DNA of 64,000 nt from Octopus sinensis (GCF_006345805.1 NC_042998.1:26412001-26476000); one strand, 5' to 3'. Shown: positions 39,020 to 51,166, counted from the first letter of the stretch. Notes: generated from the letters alone by a model not told the origin. Numbers and translations are program-made.

Positions 39020-39173
39020 GAGTAGGAGATATAAAATATCATTTGTAAAAGAAGACACTGAGCTAGATAAAGTTAAGAACCAGCGATCAAGATGCCATGA
39101 CGTAGTTCAACCAGCCGAAAATATGAATAGTAAAGAGGAAGAACCTTCTGCTATAAGCAGAGCAAGCACCACA
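39020..39173 (+). CDS. Candidate upstream exon ((x)SRRYKISFVKEDTELDKVKNQRSRCHDVVQPAENMNSKEEEPSAISRASTT, phase 2 to 0)
   Basis: 51 open codons in non-repeat DNA; weak acceptor ctgctgccgtag and donor ACA|gtaaaa; phase-compatible with the 49471 exon. Confidence 0.4.
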
Positions 39174-39784
39174 GTAAAATAATTGAACAGTGTGTTTTTG
39201 TTTTTTAAATTACAATGCTGTATTGAACCAATTTTTGTGAGTGAGTGATTCTGTCTGTGTGTCTTTCACTATTATACATCAGAGGAGGATGTAAATGGTA
39301 ATGTGAGAATTGTGCAAAAAAAAAAAAAAATTAAATAAATAAAAATAAAAATAAAACAAGTGCTCTTCCAATGAAGTGTTTTGTTTTATTTGTTTTGGGT
39401 AAAATTACAAAAAGACTCAGAAATGCTGTGAAACAATGATTAGCCTATCAGAAACCTGTAACCAATGATATTACTATTCCCAAATTGCAATATAAAATAA
39501 ATAAAATAAATCATGAGAATCACATTGTGTTAATTATTACCAAATTTGACATTTTTCTTTTTATTGTTGACTCTCAGAGTCACTTTCAGAAATCAGGATA
39601 TGGTCTTAATCGATTTGTGTTGTGTTTTGTAATTATTACTTCTGAGGATAATAGACTAGCAAAATAATTAAGGCATGAGACAAAAAGCCTTGCAGATATT
39701 TCCTTGTGGCTCTTAACATTCTGAGTTCAAATGCAGCTGAGGTCAACTTTTCCTTTCGTTCTTGCATAAGGTACCAGTCAAATA

Positions 39785-40010
39785 CCTATTTCTTTACTAC
39801 CCACAAGGGGCTAAACACAGAGAGGACAGACAAATGGATTAAGTCGATTACATCGACCCCACTGCGTAACTGGTACTTATTTAATCAACCCCGAAAGGAT
39901 GAAAGGCAAAATCTACCTCGGCAGAATTTGAACTCAGAACGTAGCGACAGACGAAATACCGCTAAGCATTTTGCCCGGTGTGCTAATGATTCTGCCAGCT
40001 CGCCGCCTTA
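39785..40010 (-). mobile_element. SINE S3
   Basis: Reverse complement of the 28150 copy. Confidence 0.75.
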
Positions 40011-40257
40011 CCAGTCAAATACTAGTGTCAGTTTAATTGACACCGGAATGTGTGGCTTTGTGTCATGTTAAGAGATATGTCATGGAAATATGCAAATGAT
40101 GGGAAATGGTTTCACCCTTATCATTGCTGCGGCTTTGCAACAATAAGACAATGGTGCACTGATGAAGAAGAGAGAAGGTTTCATCACCCCAAAAAAACTG
40201 GCACTCCATTGGTTATGACAACAAGAGTTCCAGTTGATTCGATCAAGGAAACAAACA

Positions 40258-40525
40258 GCTCATGAAATTAATGTACAAGTGGCTGAGTACTCCACAGATA
40301 CATGTACCCATAACATAGTCTTTGGGATATTCACTGTAATATAAAATGTGAAAAAGCCGACCCTTTGGAATACAGGTACAGGTCATTTTTGCCATTTGAG
40401 TGAACTGGAGCTACAGGAAATAAAATGTGTTACTCTTTGATACAACATACTGCCAGGAATTGAACTCCTGACCTTACAACCGTGAGCCAAATACTCCAAT
40501 CGCTAAGCCACATGCTTTCACCTGC
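40258..40525 (-). mobile_element. tRNA-headed SINE related to the 47631 type (diverged)
   Basis: Shared gagtgaactggag..aaataaa..tgt body and head-like end. Confidence 0.45.
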
Positions 40526-40729
40526 AGGGGCAAAATAAATGTGCATCTACCTATGGTTGAAAAAAAATCATGCCTCCTTCCCTTGTTCTTAAACTCCCAC
40601 ATGCAAACTGACTCCTTCCAATGAAAAGCCATATATCATCACCAACTCTGCCCACCATCACTTCTGCCCACCATCCCCACCACCTCCAATGGCTAGCCCA
40701 GCTCACAACCCTACAAGATCAATATTCCT

Positions 40730-40870
40730 TTCTACTCTAGGCACAAAGCCCGAAATTTTGAGGGAGAGGCCAGTCTATCAGATTCACCCCATTACGCAAC
40801 TGGTACTTAATTTATCGACCCTGAAAGGATGAAAGGCTAAGTCAACCTCAGCCAAATTTGAACTCAAAAT
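40730..40870 (-). mobile_element. SINE S3 (variant tail, 5' truncated)
   Basis: ttctactctaggcacaaagcccgaaatttt tail variant plus shared body. Confidence 0.65.
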
Positions 40871-40877
40871 GTAAAGA

Positions 40878-41036
40878 GGAGTGGCTGTGTGGTAAGTAGC
40901 TTGCTTACAAACCACATGGTTCCGGGTTCAGTCCCACTGCGTGGCACCTTGGGCAAGTGTCTTCTACTATAGCCTCAGGCTGACCAAAGCTTTGTGAGTG
41001 GATTTGGTAGATGGAAACTGAAAGAAGCCTATCGTA

Positions 41037-41080
<44 letters not shown>

Positions 41081-41288
41081 TTTGTTTGTGTGTCTGTGTT
41101 TGTCCCCCTAGCATTGCTTGACAACCGATGCTGGTGTGTTTATGTCCCCGTCACTTAGTGGTTCGGCAAAAGAGACCGATAGAATAAGTACTGGGCTTAC
41201 AAAGAATAAGTCCCGGGGTCGAGTTGCTCGATTTAAGGTGGTGCTCCAGCATGGCCGAAGTCAAATGACTGAAACAAGTAAAAGAGTA
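40878..41288 (+). mobile_element. SINE S1 (young)
   Basis: Shared head, body and tail. Confidence 0.85.
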
Positions 41289-41730
41289 ACAGAAGAAATA
41301 CCGTAAAGCATTTCACCCAGTGTTAATGTTTCTGCCAGCTTGCGGCCTTTTTCCACAAGAATATTGCTTTCATGATTAATCTTCTTACTTTTTTTTTTGT
41401 TGGGTTTTTTGGGGTTTTTTTGTATATATGGGGCAGGAGTGTCTGTATAAAATGGTGCAGATTCAGAATCTTATAGTTTTTTAATTGGGATCTCTACAAT
41501 ATTTTAGAATAAAACATAGATACAGGCACAAGTGTAGCTGTGTGGTTGTGAAGTTCACTTTGCAGTGATGTGGTTTTGGTATTGTTCCAGCTGCATGACA
41601 CCTTGGCCAAGTATCTTCTAATTATACCCTTGTGAGTAGAAGTTGATTAATAGCAAGCTTTTTCTATGTATACACGTACATACATACATACATATTTATA
41701 TATATATATATATAATATATATATATATAT

Positions 41731-42114
41731 AGGTGCAGGAGTGGCTGTGTGGTAAGTACCTTGTCTACCAACCACATGGTTCCGGGTTCAGTCCCACTGC
41801 GTGGCACCTTGGACAAGTGTCTTCTTCTATAGCCTCGGGCCGACCAAAGCCTTGTGAGTGGATTTGGTAGACGGAAACTGAAAGAAGCCCGTCGTATATA
41901 TATATATATGCGTTTGTGTGTCTGTGTTTGTCCCCTAGCATTGCTTGACAACCGATACTGGTGTGTTTATGTCCCCGTTACTTAGCGGTTCGGCAAAAGA
42001 GACCGATAGAATAAGTACTGGGCTTACAAAAGAATAAGTCCCGGGGTCGAGTTGCTCGATTAAAGGCGGTGCTCCAGCATGGCCGCAGTCAAATGACTGA
42101 AACAAGTAAAAGAG
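41731..42114 (+). mobile_element. SINE S1 (young)
   Basis: Shared head, body and tail. Confidence 0.85.
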
Positions 42115-42144
42115 TATATACACACACACACACACATACATATA

Positions 42145-42359
42145 CAGGGTGTGTAAGGTATTTGAGAGCATACCTTTTTTGGGTAATTGCTGCATTTTTT
42201 GCTAATTCTGCATAATTTTTGTTTCAGAAAATAATAATGACAGACCCTCAGCTTACTCAAGAAATGAAGTGGCATGCTGTCATTGTGGTTATAAAGGCTG
42301 AGCATAGCGATTTAGAAATATCTCAATTTTTAAAAATTCACAAACAAACAGTATTTTGA
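42145..42359 (+). mobile_element. Tc1/mariner 5' fragment with truncated transposase N-terminus
   Basis: TA|CAGGGTGT start; ORF 42237-42359 MTDPQLTQEMKWHAVIVVIKAEHSDLEISQFLKIHKQTVF* resembles a Tc1 HTH N-terminus. Confidence 0.5.
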
Positions 42360-43204
42360 AGGAGCCTCTATGTGACCATGCAGTTTACTAGAAGCAGCAG
42401 CCAAATTGCCTTCAAAGCAAGAGAAAGATTACTATAGTCTTGGTTATTCTCTGTCTGAAAAACAACTGGTTGTTTGTGACTGGGATGCTGCCTATAATCA
42501 TGGGTCTTCTTCACTGGGGCTGACATGGGACTAAACAAGAAAACCATTGGTTTATTGGTGAATCTTAAGGAAACACTTCTTTTCATGTTCCAGTAAAGCT
42601 GCCTCACCTGCTAGAAATAACAGCTAAATTTCCTCCATATTATAACTTACTATCTTATGAGGGAAAAAACACATTGCATGATATGAATTGAGATCTTGAA
42701 TAGGCATCGGCACCACCATGACCACCACTACAGCACAAAAAGAAGAAGATAGATTTGTTATAACCGGAATGCATTTGGTAGTAGATTTGCTCAATCAGTA
42801 CAAACCCAGGGTTTAATGAGAGCAAATATTATTTTCTTGTAAAATTCAGGTTCCCTTTTTTTTTGTTTTCAGCAAGGAACTAACACAGTCAGAAAGTAGA
42901 GAGTAGCTGTGGGTACTTCACTAGCACTCACATGGGTGTCATTCTACTAAAGGAAAATAAAGTAATAAAATATAAATAACATGATTCACAGTCATCTGTC
43001 CATAGTAACAGAGACATGTGAAGAGGTCAATATCCTTAAGCAGAAAAGCATTCAGATTCATTTCCACAAATGAAGCACTAAAAAAACATACGGAAGGAAT
43101 ATAATATTTTTAATAAGAATATAAATTTCTGTTTACACACACACATACATATTAATACACGTCTAGATATATATATATATATTTGTGTGTGTGCATGTAT
43201 ATTA

Positions 43205-43237
<33 letters not shown>

Positions 43238-43239
43238 TA

Positions 43240-43385
43240 TTTCTTTATTGCCCACAAGGGTCTAAACATAGAGGGGAAAAACAAGGACAGACAAAGGGGT
43301 TAAGTCGATTACATTGACCCCAGTGCATAACTGGTACTTAATTTATCGACCCCAAAAGGATGAAAGGCAAAGTCAACCTCGGCGT
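43240..43385 (-). mobile_element. SINE S3 (3' part)
   Basis: Shared body and tail. Confidence 0.7.
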
Positions 43386-43597
43386 TTATATAAGAGGTAA
43401 TGGTGTCATTGAGACCCAAAGGTGTCAGGTAATGCTGAATAAGTGCTTATAGACAGACCATAGTTAAGTTCCAGGTTTGGTAATTTTGCAAATAAGGGGT
43501 TCAAAGTTGGTCATATGTCAGCGTGTGGATATAAGAATTTTTTGCGTAATGAAATAAAAAACCATGGCTGTGTAGATAGAATATTTATAGATAGAAG

Positions 43598-43649
43598 GTC
43601 TTACAGCTGTTTCCAGGATATTTATTAATTATATCCCTTCATCGGAGAC
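43598..43649 (-). ncRNA. Type I hammerhead-like motif (core variant CCGAUGA)
   Basis: Reverse complement GTCT-CCGATGA-AGGGATA..TATCCTG-GAAA-CAGCTG-T-A-AGAC. Confidence 0.55.
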
Positions 43650-43993
43650 GGTGCGAGAGGATGGTTAAGTAATAGTTAATTTAGATAGGATACAAAATAG
43701 AGAGTGTGGTGGAGGGAAGAAAATAGATGTGAGATATGTAGGGATATTGAAGTTGTAGATCCATTTTTTAGGCAGAGTGGTATATATGTAAGATTCCAAT
43801 ACCTTATGAGGGAAAAGACACATTGCATGACATGAATTAAGATCTTGAATAGGCACCAACACCACCACTTATGGATTTTACTCATAAATAATTGAGATTC
43901 AGTTGAATTAGGTACTTAAGTTGGAGCACCAAGTCAGTTCAGTATTATCCGCACAGCTCGAAGCAAGGTGAATAAAATCAAAATAAGCAACTG

Positions 43994-44030
<37 letters not shown>

Positions 44031-44039
44031 CGCCATGAT

Positions 44040-44225
44040 AGACCATTAGCTCCTACATGCATTTTTTTCTCTCTTTGTTTCTTTTCTGTGTATCTTTCTG
44101 TTGAAGAGCATAGGCTCGAAACGTAAAAGACTTGTTCTATTTCTATTTCTGAACGCCATACTAATACATTTGTTTGTTTATACTCCACCTGCCATCGTCT
44201 TTTGTTTATTTTCGTAAACCTTCCC

Positions 44226-44230
<5 letters not shown>
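44040..44230 (+). mobile_element. Family B hammerhead-bearing repeat
   Basis: Aligns to the 19620 copy; ends in (TA)n. Confidence 0.6.
44093..44130 (+). ncRNA. Minimal type I hammerhead-like motif (family B; core variant CUGUUGA)
   Basis: TCTTT-CTGTTGA-A-GAGC ATAG GCTC-GAAA-CGT-A-AAAGA. Confidence 0.6.
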
Positions 44231-44264
<34 letters not shown>

Positions 44265-44459
44265 CAAATAAGGAAATGGAGAAACAAATTTAGTTTGTTC
44301 ATCAACTTTCGGATATTAGAATGTTGGATTATTTATTCATTTAACAAAATGAGAACCTTAATAGCATACATATATATCTTATAGGGTACTTTACCAACAG
44401 TATATTGGATAAATAATAACCCTTAGTGGGTTACATGCATAACCCCTAACTTACTTTCT

Positions 44460-44493
<34 letters not shown>

Positions 44494-44501
44494 TACATAT
44501 A

Positions 44502-44892
44502 GGTGCAAGCATAGCTGTGTGGTAAGATATTTGCTTCCCAACCACATGGATCTGGGTTCAGTCCCACTGTCTGACACCTTTGGCAAGTGTCTTCTACTAT
44601 AGCCTTGGGTCACTCAAAGCCTTTTGAGTGGATTTAGGAGATGGACACTGAAAGAAGTCCGTCATATATATATTTACATATGTACATATATCTGTGTGTG
44701 TGGTTGTGTCTGTGTTTGTCTCCCTTCCACCACATGACAACTGGTATTAGTGTTTTTATATCCCTGTAACTTAGCAGTTTGGCAAAAAGACCGATAGAAT
44801 AAGTACTAGGGGTTGATTTGTTCAACTAAAACCCATCAAGGCGGTGCTCCAGCATGGCCACAGTCTAAAGACTGAAACAAGTAAAAGAATAA
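44502..44892 (+). mobile_element. SINE S1
   Basis: Shared head, body and tail. Confidence 0.75.
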
Positions 44893-45659
44893 AAGAACAT
44901 ACATACATACAAGACGGTGCTTCAGCTTGGCCTCTGCCTGAAACCAGTAAAAGCAGAAAATACACGCACATATATATATGGGAGTATGTATGTATATCAT
45001 TGTTCAGTTTATTTCAAGATTTCTTGGCAATAGAGAAAGAACTGGTTTCTAACCTAGATCCAAGGTTCCTTCATTGGAATTTCAACATCAACAACAGAGT
45101 ATTTTTGTTTGTATGTATATATGTATGTCTGTCTGTATGTATGTATGTGTATGTATGTGCGTGTATGTATGTATGTGTGTGTATATATGTATGTCTGTAT
45201 GTGTATGTATCTCTGCATGTATTTTTATTTTTATTTTTATTTTTATTTTATCTAGTTTCAGCTCACGAGCTGTGGCCATGCTGGGGCATGTATGTATATA
45301 TGTGTATATGTATGTACGTATGTATGTATGTAGCTATGTATATACAAGTTACACAAGATTATTTCAAAGCCTTGTATCAGTTCATTTAGAAAGAGATTTC
45401 AAAATCATGATGCTGATGATGATGTAGCAAAGGTATATCACTCTTGTTTTCATTTTTCCAGATAATGTTTGAACTTCAGAAGACCCTTGTCAAAAACTAC
45501 AACAAAACAAAAATCAATCTGTGTTAATACCTTTGCGATTGACACAATCACTGCCAGTTAAAATCCAGTGTTGTGTCCAAAAAGTAACTTAACCGCTTGA
45601 TAAAATATAGCTTAATAAAAATAAGCAGAAGACTGCAATAAATACAGCGTGGTTGAGTG

Positions 45660-45967
45660 TGTTATTTATTTATGCACCCTTTTCAAGCCTAGCCAGGCTC
45701 ATGGGTCCAGTTTCCCGGTTTCTGTGTTACCCCAGCTGGACGGGATGCCAGTCCATTGCAGCGTTACTCAAGAAACAGGAAGAAAGAGTTTGAGAAAGTT
45801 GGGGTGAAAGAGTTCAACAGGGGTCGCCACCATCCCCTGCCAGAGCCTCGTGCAGCTTTAGGTGTTTTCGCTCAGTAAATACACACAATGCCCGGTCTGG
45901 GAATTGAAACTGCGATCCTCCGACCACAGGTCCGCTGCCCTAAACCACTGGGCCATTGCGCCTCCTC
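45660..45967 (-). mobile_element. tRNA-headed SINE (fourth type)
   Basis: rc head ggcgcaatggcccagtggtttagggcagcgg..gtttcaattccc and an A-rich tail aaataaataa. Confidence 0.6.
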
Positions 45968-46339
45968 AGTGTATTATAATGAAATAAAACCTTTAAATAT
46001 ATATTGTCCTCAGCATGGCCACAGCTCAGTGACTGGAACTGTTGAAAGAATAAATGGATAAATAATAAAATATGAGTGATTGTTTATATATATACCTAAG
46101 ACATACATGTAGCTGAGTCTGGTGATACAGCAGATGCATGCAATACTGTGATAATCATAATAGTAAATGATTGATCTGTTGAAACAAATAATTGATAATG
46201 AAATTTGGGCGAAACAAAATATTCTGTCCATGCCTTTCCAAGCTTCCATAACATTTATAGTCACACAAGGTTACAATGAATATTTATTTCGAAATACATG
46301 TACATGTGTATGCACACACACTTATATAAATTGTGTGTG

Positions 46340-46379
<40 letters not shown>

Positions 46380-46489
46380 CATAAGACAGAGAACTCTTCC
46401 ATTCAGGCATGTAATATGATTTGTAAATTTACCTTTCCACACTTGGAAGGTTCATTAACATGAAACTGTACAGTAACATACAGAAACAC

Positions 46490-46545
46490 ATCGGCACCGG
46501 TTGTCAAGCGATGTTGGGGGGACAAACACAGACACACAAACACAT

Positions 46546-46627
<82 letters not shown>

Positions 46628-46797
46628 GTATATATGACGGGCTTCTTTCAGTTTCTGTCTACCAAATCCACTCACAGGACTTTGGTCGGCCCCGAGGCTA
46701 CAGTAGAAGACTTTTCTGAGGGTGCTACACAGTGGGGACTGAACCCGGAACCATGTGGTTGGTAAGCAAGCTACTTACTACACAGCCACTCCTACAC
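46490..46797 (-). mobile_element. SINE S1 (3' truncated)
   Basis: Reverse complement of head and body with expanded (TA)n. Confidence 0.8.
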
Positions 46798-46798
46798 C

Positions 46799-46853
<55 letters not shown>

Positions 46854-46871
46854 TAAACACCTAATCCTTAA

Positions 46872-47091
46872 CCCTTTAGTGTTTAAACCGGCCATATCTG
46901 GCCCAGATATTCCGCATATTTTATATTCAAACTGGCCATATCTGGCCTCTCACACCTAACCTACATTGACATTCTAAAAATAAACAATTACATCATTGAA
47001 ACTTCAAAGCTATAAGATAATGCATGATTAATTCAAAATATTTTGAGTGAAAAAGTATTACATTTGACAGAGTAATCTGAACACTAAAGAG
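46872..47091. mobile_element. piggyBac-type MITE
   Basis: TTAA on both sides; TIRs ccctttagtgtt / aacactaaagag. Confidence 0.75.
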
Positions 47092-47596
47092 TTAAAATGA
47101 AAAGGAAAGCATAAAGCAACCTCTTAGGAAACAACAAAAGGTGTTGAAACCACAACCCACAATCATCTTTAGCAATGGGTAAATGCTTTCTGCCCATTGT
47201 GGCCTATAAATCTCAAACTGGAAGAGAGATCAACACACCTTTAACTAATCTTGGGTCTGTCATTGAGGGTGATTGATTTTTAATAAGAGGTTGAACTGGA
47301 GTATGATCAACAACCTTAATGTTGATATGAACACAATGTCACATGTCTGAACATCAGCAAACAGGCAAGTGGTGAAGAAGAGAGCATATGATGGATGGGC
47401 TTATTTGCAGAGTAATAAAATGTTGTCAAGAGAGTTGGGAATAGCTAGGAAGCCTGAAAAGCAGCCATTAGTGTAAATGTAGGAATAATTCAGAGAGAGA
47501 GAGTGAGTGCAAAAGAATGAGAGAGGGAGGGGGGTCGAAATATGTATTAAAAGACAGAGATTGTCAATGTTTTAGTTAAACAGAATGAATTTAGGT

Positions 47597-48269
47597 CAGT
47601 GGTTCTTAACCCTATTTTATGTATGGAACAGAGAGCCCTTCAGTCATGAATGACCATGGGATTGCACCTAGAAAGTTACCCTCCCAGGCACAAGCCCGGG
47701 CAAGGTTGTTTATGGAAGACCAGCAGTCGCCCAAGCATACTGGTCTCCCCTCTCCACGCTACCAGTGTTACCCAAGGCAAAGGCAAAGGGGCCGATACAG
47801 CTTGGCACCTGTAAAGTTGCAACTCATTTCTACAGCTGAGTGAACTGGAGCAACGTGAAATAAAGTGTCTTGCTCAAGAACACAACATGCAGCCCGGTCC
47901 AGGATTTGAACTCACAACCTCAGTCGTAAGCTCAATGCTCTAACCACTGAGCCATGCGCCTTCACTATGGAACAATGCTTTGATTACTGCTTTATTCTGG
48001 TAGACCCCAGAGCCATTTGATGTTTATTGACACTTTCTTCAAAATTCCTATTTTGCTTCTTACACATTAGATTGTGTAGACTGAACTATGTTAAGTGTTA
48101 GAGAAAGAAACTTACTTGTTTCTTGCCATAAATACATCTAAACCAAAATTCTTACACAAAACCCTTAAAATACTATCGAAGAACCCCAATTTACTATTTT
48201 GCTTGTGTGGACCCCAAAATCTTATATTGGACCCCCTTGGGTCATATAGACCCCAGATGAAAACCATTG
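47597..48269. mobile_element. hAT-type MITE with a nested SINE
   Basis: TIRs cagtggttcttaacc / gatgaaaaccattg; degenerate 8-bp TSD atttaggt / gtttagat. Confidence 0.55.
47631..47965 (-). mobile_element. tRNA-headed SINE (third type) with a 9-bp target-site duplication
   Basis: rc head ggcgcatggctcagtggttagagc..gagttcaaatcctgg; TSD tatggaaca at 47622-47630 and 47966-47974. Confidence 0.7.
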
Positions 48270-48470
48270 GTTTAGATAAAACATGACTTTTCAAGAGGTT
48301 TAACCCATTTGATACCAACTCACTTGCAGCTGCTTCAAATGTTAGAACAAAATAAGCATTTATTCTTAGACTAGAAATTTCATTTCAACCTTATCTTCTA
48401 AATAGTAGCTTAATAATGGTAAAGTCAGTTATTTATGAAAATTTTTGCTTAATTTTAAGATCATTTAAAA

Positions 48471-48759
48471 CAGCGCTTCTCAAAGTGGTGGTCTGTGGAC
48501 TGGTGCCAGTCTGTGAGCCATCAGCTGCCAGTATGCGGCGAATTTCCAGAAAAGAAAGAAACATTATAAAATGCTTATGTAATATTGTATTATTTATTTA
48601 CAAAATAAATATACGATAAAAAAAATTGTCAACTTTTATTATATTCATTATGTATATTGTTTCAGGTATAAATTAATATTGCTAAGGAATATTACCGGTC
48701 CCTGACAGATTGGAAAAAAAACTGCTGCTATGCCACATCAGATAGTTTGAGAAGCACTG
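48471..48759. mobile_element. hAT-type MITE
   Basis: TIRs cagcgcttctcaaa / tttgagaagcactg; exact 8-bp TSD atttaaaa on both sides. Confidence 0.8.
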
Positions 48760-48811
48760 ATTTAAAAACACAACCAGGCATTTTATTAGAAATGTAATCA
48801 TAAAAGAGTTA

Positions 48812-49179
48812 TCTCTCTATATATATAAAGCTGAAGTTGTCTGTGTATGGCAGGTTTGGTAGCCTTCAACTAACACTATATCCTCCAAGACCCTGCAGCA
48901 CAAGTTGACCAAAATTGAGAGTATGATAGAAGAAGGTTTGCTCTTCCTTCCATAGGAGAAAAAATTCAAATCGGACCATATTAACACCAAAAATTATTTA
49001 CATCAAAAAGGTGCTTTTTTTTCTTTGACTGCTGTGTTGCCATTTTTCGGTGTATTTCAACCAGAAAAATGTTCATTTAAAGAGAATAACAAGCTACATA
49101 ATGCAAAAATTTTACTTATCAAAAATTCCAATTCTAAAGGGTCGAAACAAACCCGAGCAATGCCGGGTGATACTGCTAG
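48812..49179 (+). mobile_element. Non-autonomous Helitron
   Basis: 5' a|TC..tctatatatataaag; 3' hairpin acccg-agcaatgc-cgggt followed by CTAG|t. Confidence 0.65.
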
Positions 49180-49470
49180 TAAGTTGATGAATGTTAAATC
49201 TATTGTTGTTTAAGCTCAGATCAAGTTCATTACCAAAAATGCATTGATTAATTTACTTACAGCTACCTTTGCCCAGCTGTAGCAAACCTATAAACAAAGG
49301 AAATTTCAGCCTTTTCATATATAGTGGTCTACATTGTCCAGTATACCCTATATGTTTTAGAATATGTGATTTGAAGAAAATTAGCTGCTATTTCTAGCAG
49401 TTTGATAACCATGCAAAGGTTTCTTTATTGGCTCATATTAAATTCTGAAGTATTTCTTTTTTATATCCAG

Positions 49471-49519
49471 GAAAGAAGTAAAGGGTCTTTAAAGAGTAAT
49501 AATGTGGTGAGATTTCCCA
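49471..49519 (+). CDS. Internal coding exon of an unidentified gene (ERSKGSLKSNNVVRFP, phase 0 to 1)
   Basis: Strong acceptor tatttctttttatatccag and donor CCA|gtaagt; open frame; phase matches the 50060 exon. Confidence 0.7.
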
Positions 49520-50059
49520 GTAAGTCAAGACAGTTAATTCTAAGATGGATATTGTTACTATTTATAAAGATGCAATTTATTCTTCTTCCTGTAAACAGTT
49601 GTGGTTAAAATATTGAATCTAAATCTAAATACAGTATGCGATTTTTTTTTTTTTTCTCCACAGACAAGAGAGAGAATCATGGCTTTCAGGTAAAATTGGC
49701 AGAAGCTAGGCAAAGGTAGCTTGTAAATTAAACTAATCAATACAGCTTTGACCGGAGCAGGAAGGAAAGAATAAAGGAATTAATAACGAAAGAAGTGTAT
49801 GAGAACAATAAATGGTTAAGCAAATGAATAGCAAGACAAAGAAAGAAGAAAATTTTGAAAGAAACGAATAAATACTTAAATGAAGGAACAGTTGAATAAA
49901 TGGATATGCGAATGAATAATTGAATATTGAGATTCGTGAAATTGTGCAATGACATTGTTTTGCATTTACCTAATCTTTCATTTGTGGCCTACAGAGTTTG
50001 TTTGATAACAAATTTACTTCATGTTTAATATTCAGAAAGCATTTGTGTATTTGTTCCAG

Positions 50060-50107
50060 ATAATGATCAAGAATCAGAAGGTGCTGAAAGTAGCAACGCC
50101 ATGGGTG
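50060..50107 (+). CDS. Internal coding exon ((N)[15 protein letters not shown], phase 1 to 1)
   Basis: Acceptor tttgtgtatttgttccag and consensus donor GTG|gtaagt; 48 nt; open frame continuous with the flanking exons. Confidence 0.75.
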
Positions 50108-50164
50108 GTAAGTGTTTTGTTTTTCAATGTAATGAGTAATCTTACAAGGTGTGTACAACAAGAT

Positions 50165-50209
50165 ATACATATATACACATGTACATATATATATGTGTGT
50201 GTGTGTGTG

Positions 50210-50258
<49 letters not shown>

Positions 50259-50298
50259 TTATAACATACATATGCATACATATATATATATATATATG

Positions 50299-50342
<44 letters not shown>

Positions 50343-50628
50343 CATATGCATACATATATATATATATACACATAAACATACATATATATATATATCTTTA
50401 TAAAAATACATATGCATACATTTATATATATATATATATACATATATATACACATATACATACATATATATATATCTTTATAAACATGCATATGCATACA
50501 TTTATATATATTACATATATATACACATATACATACATATACATATATATATAATCTTTATAAACATGCATATGCATACATTTATATATATACTATATAT
50601 ATATATTTATAAACATGCATATGCATAC

Positions 50629-50672
<44 letters not shown>

Positions 50673-50700
50673 ATACATACATACACACACATATGTATGT
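50165..50700. repeat. Compound (TA)n/(CA)n microsatellite with higher-order units
   Basis: tttataaacatgcatatgcatacatttatatata occurs three times. Confidence 0.9.
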
Positions 50701-50795
50701 ACGTATGTAAATGTGTGGTGACATCATTAATGATAGTGTATGTTGTAGAATTTTAACATTTGTTTTTTTTTCTTTCTGATACTTCTACCTCTCAG

Positions 50796-50848
50796 GTTTA
50801 ATCAGTGAGCTTAACACAATCTACAAACGAGTAACATTATTCCAATAA
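50796..50848 (+). CDS. Next, possibly last, coding exon ((G)LISELNTIYKRVTLFQ*)
   Basis: Strong acceptor ttttctttctgatacttctacctctcag; phase 1 matches the upstream exon; ends either at TAA 50846-50848 or at a weak donor CGA|gtaaca (50830). Confidence 0.5.
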
Positions 50849-51109
50849 GTTTCATTTTAAAATTGACATTTATATATCTCATTTGGGAAACACAATAACC
50901 AATTAAGAAACTGTTAACATTATCAGATGCTAAATTTACTTCAGCAACAATGAAAACAAACATATCATTTCTTAAGGAGAGATATTAAATTTTATAAAAA
51001 TACATATAAAAAGAAAAAAAAAACTTATAACTTAGAAGAGACCCAAATTTCACTGTAAACAGCCATACCCCTCTATATATATGTATGTATGTGTGCATAT
51101 ATACACACT

Positions 51110-51166
<57 letters not shown>

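Noticed and set aside
40158-40195. CTGATGAAG motif
   Set aside because: No stem II-GAAA follows; it forms only a simple local hairpin
45462-45582. Strong acceptor followed by a possible phase-0 donor
   Set aside because: The frame from the strong acceptor stops early; the open alternative needs a weaker acceptor
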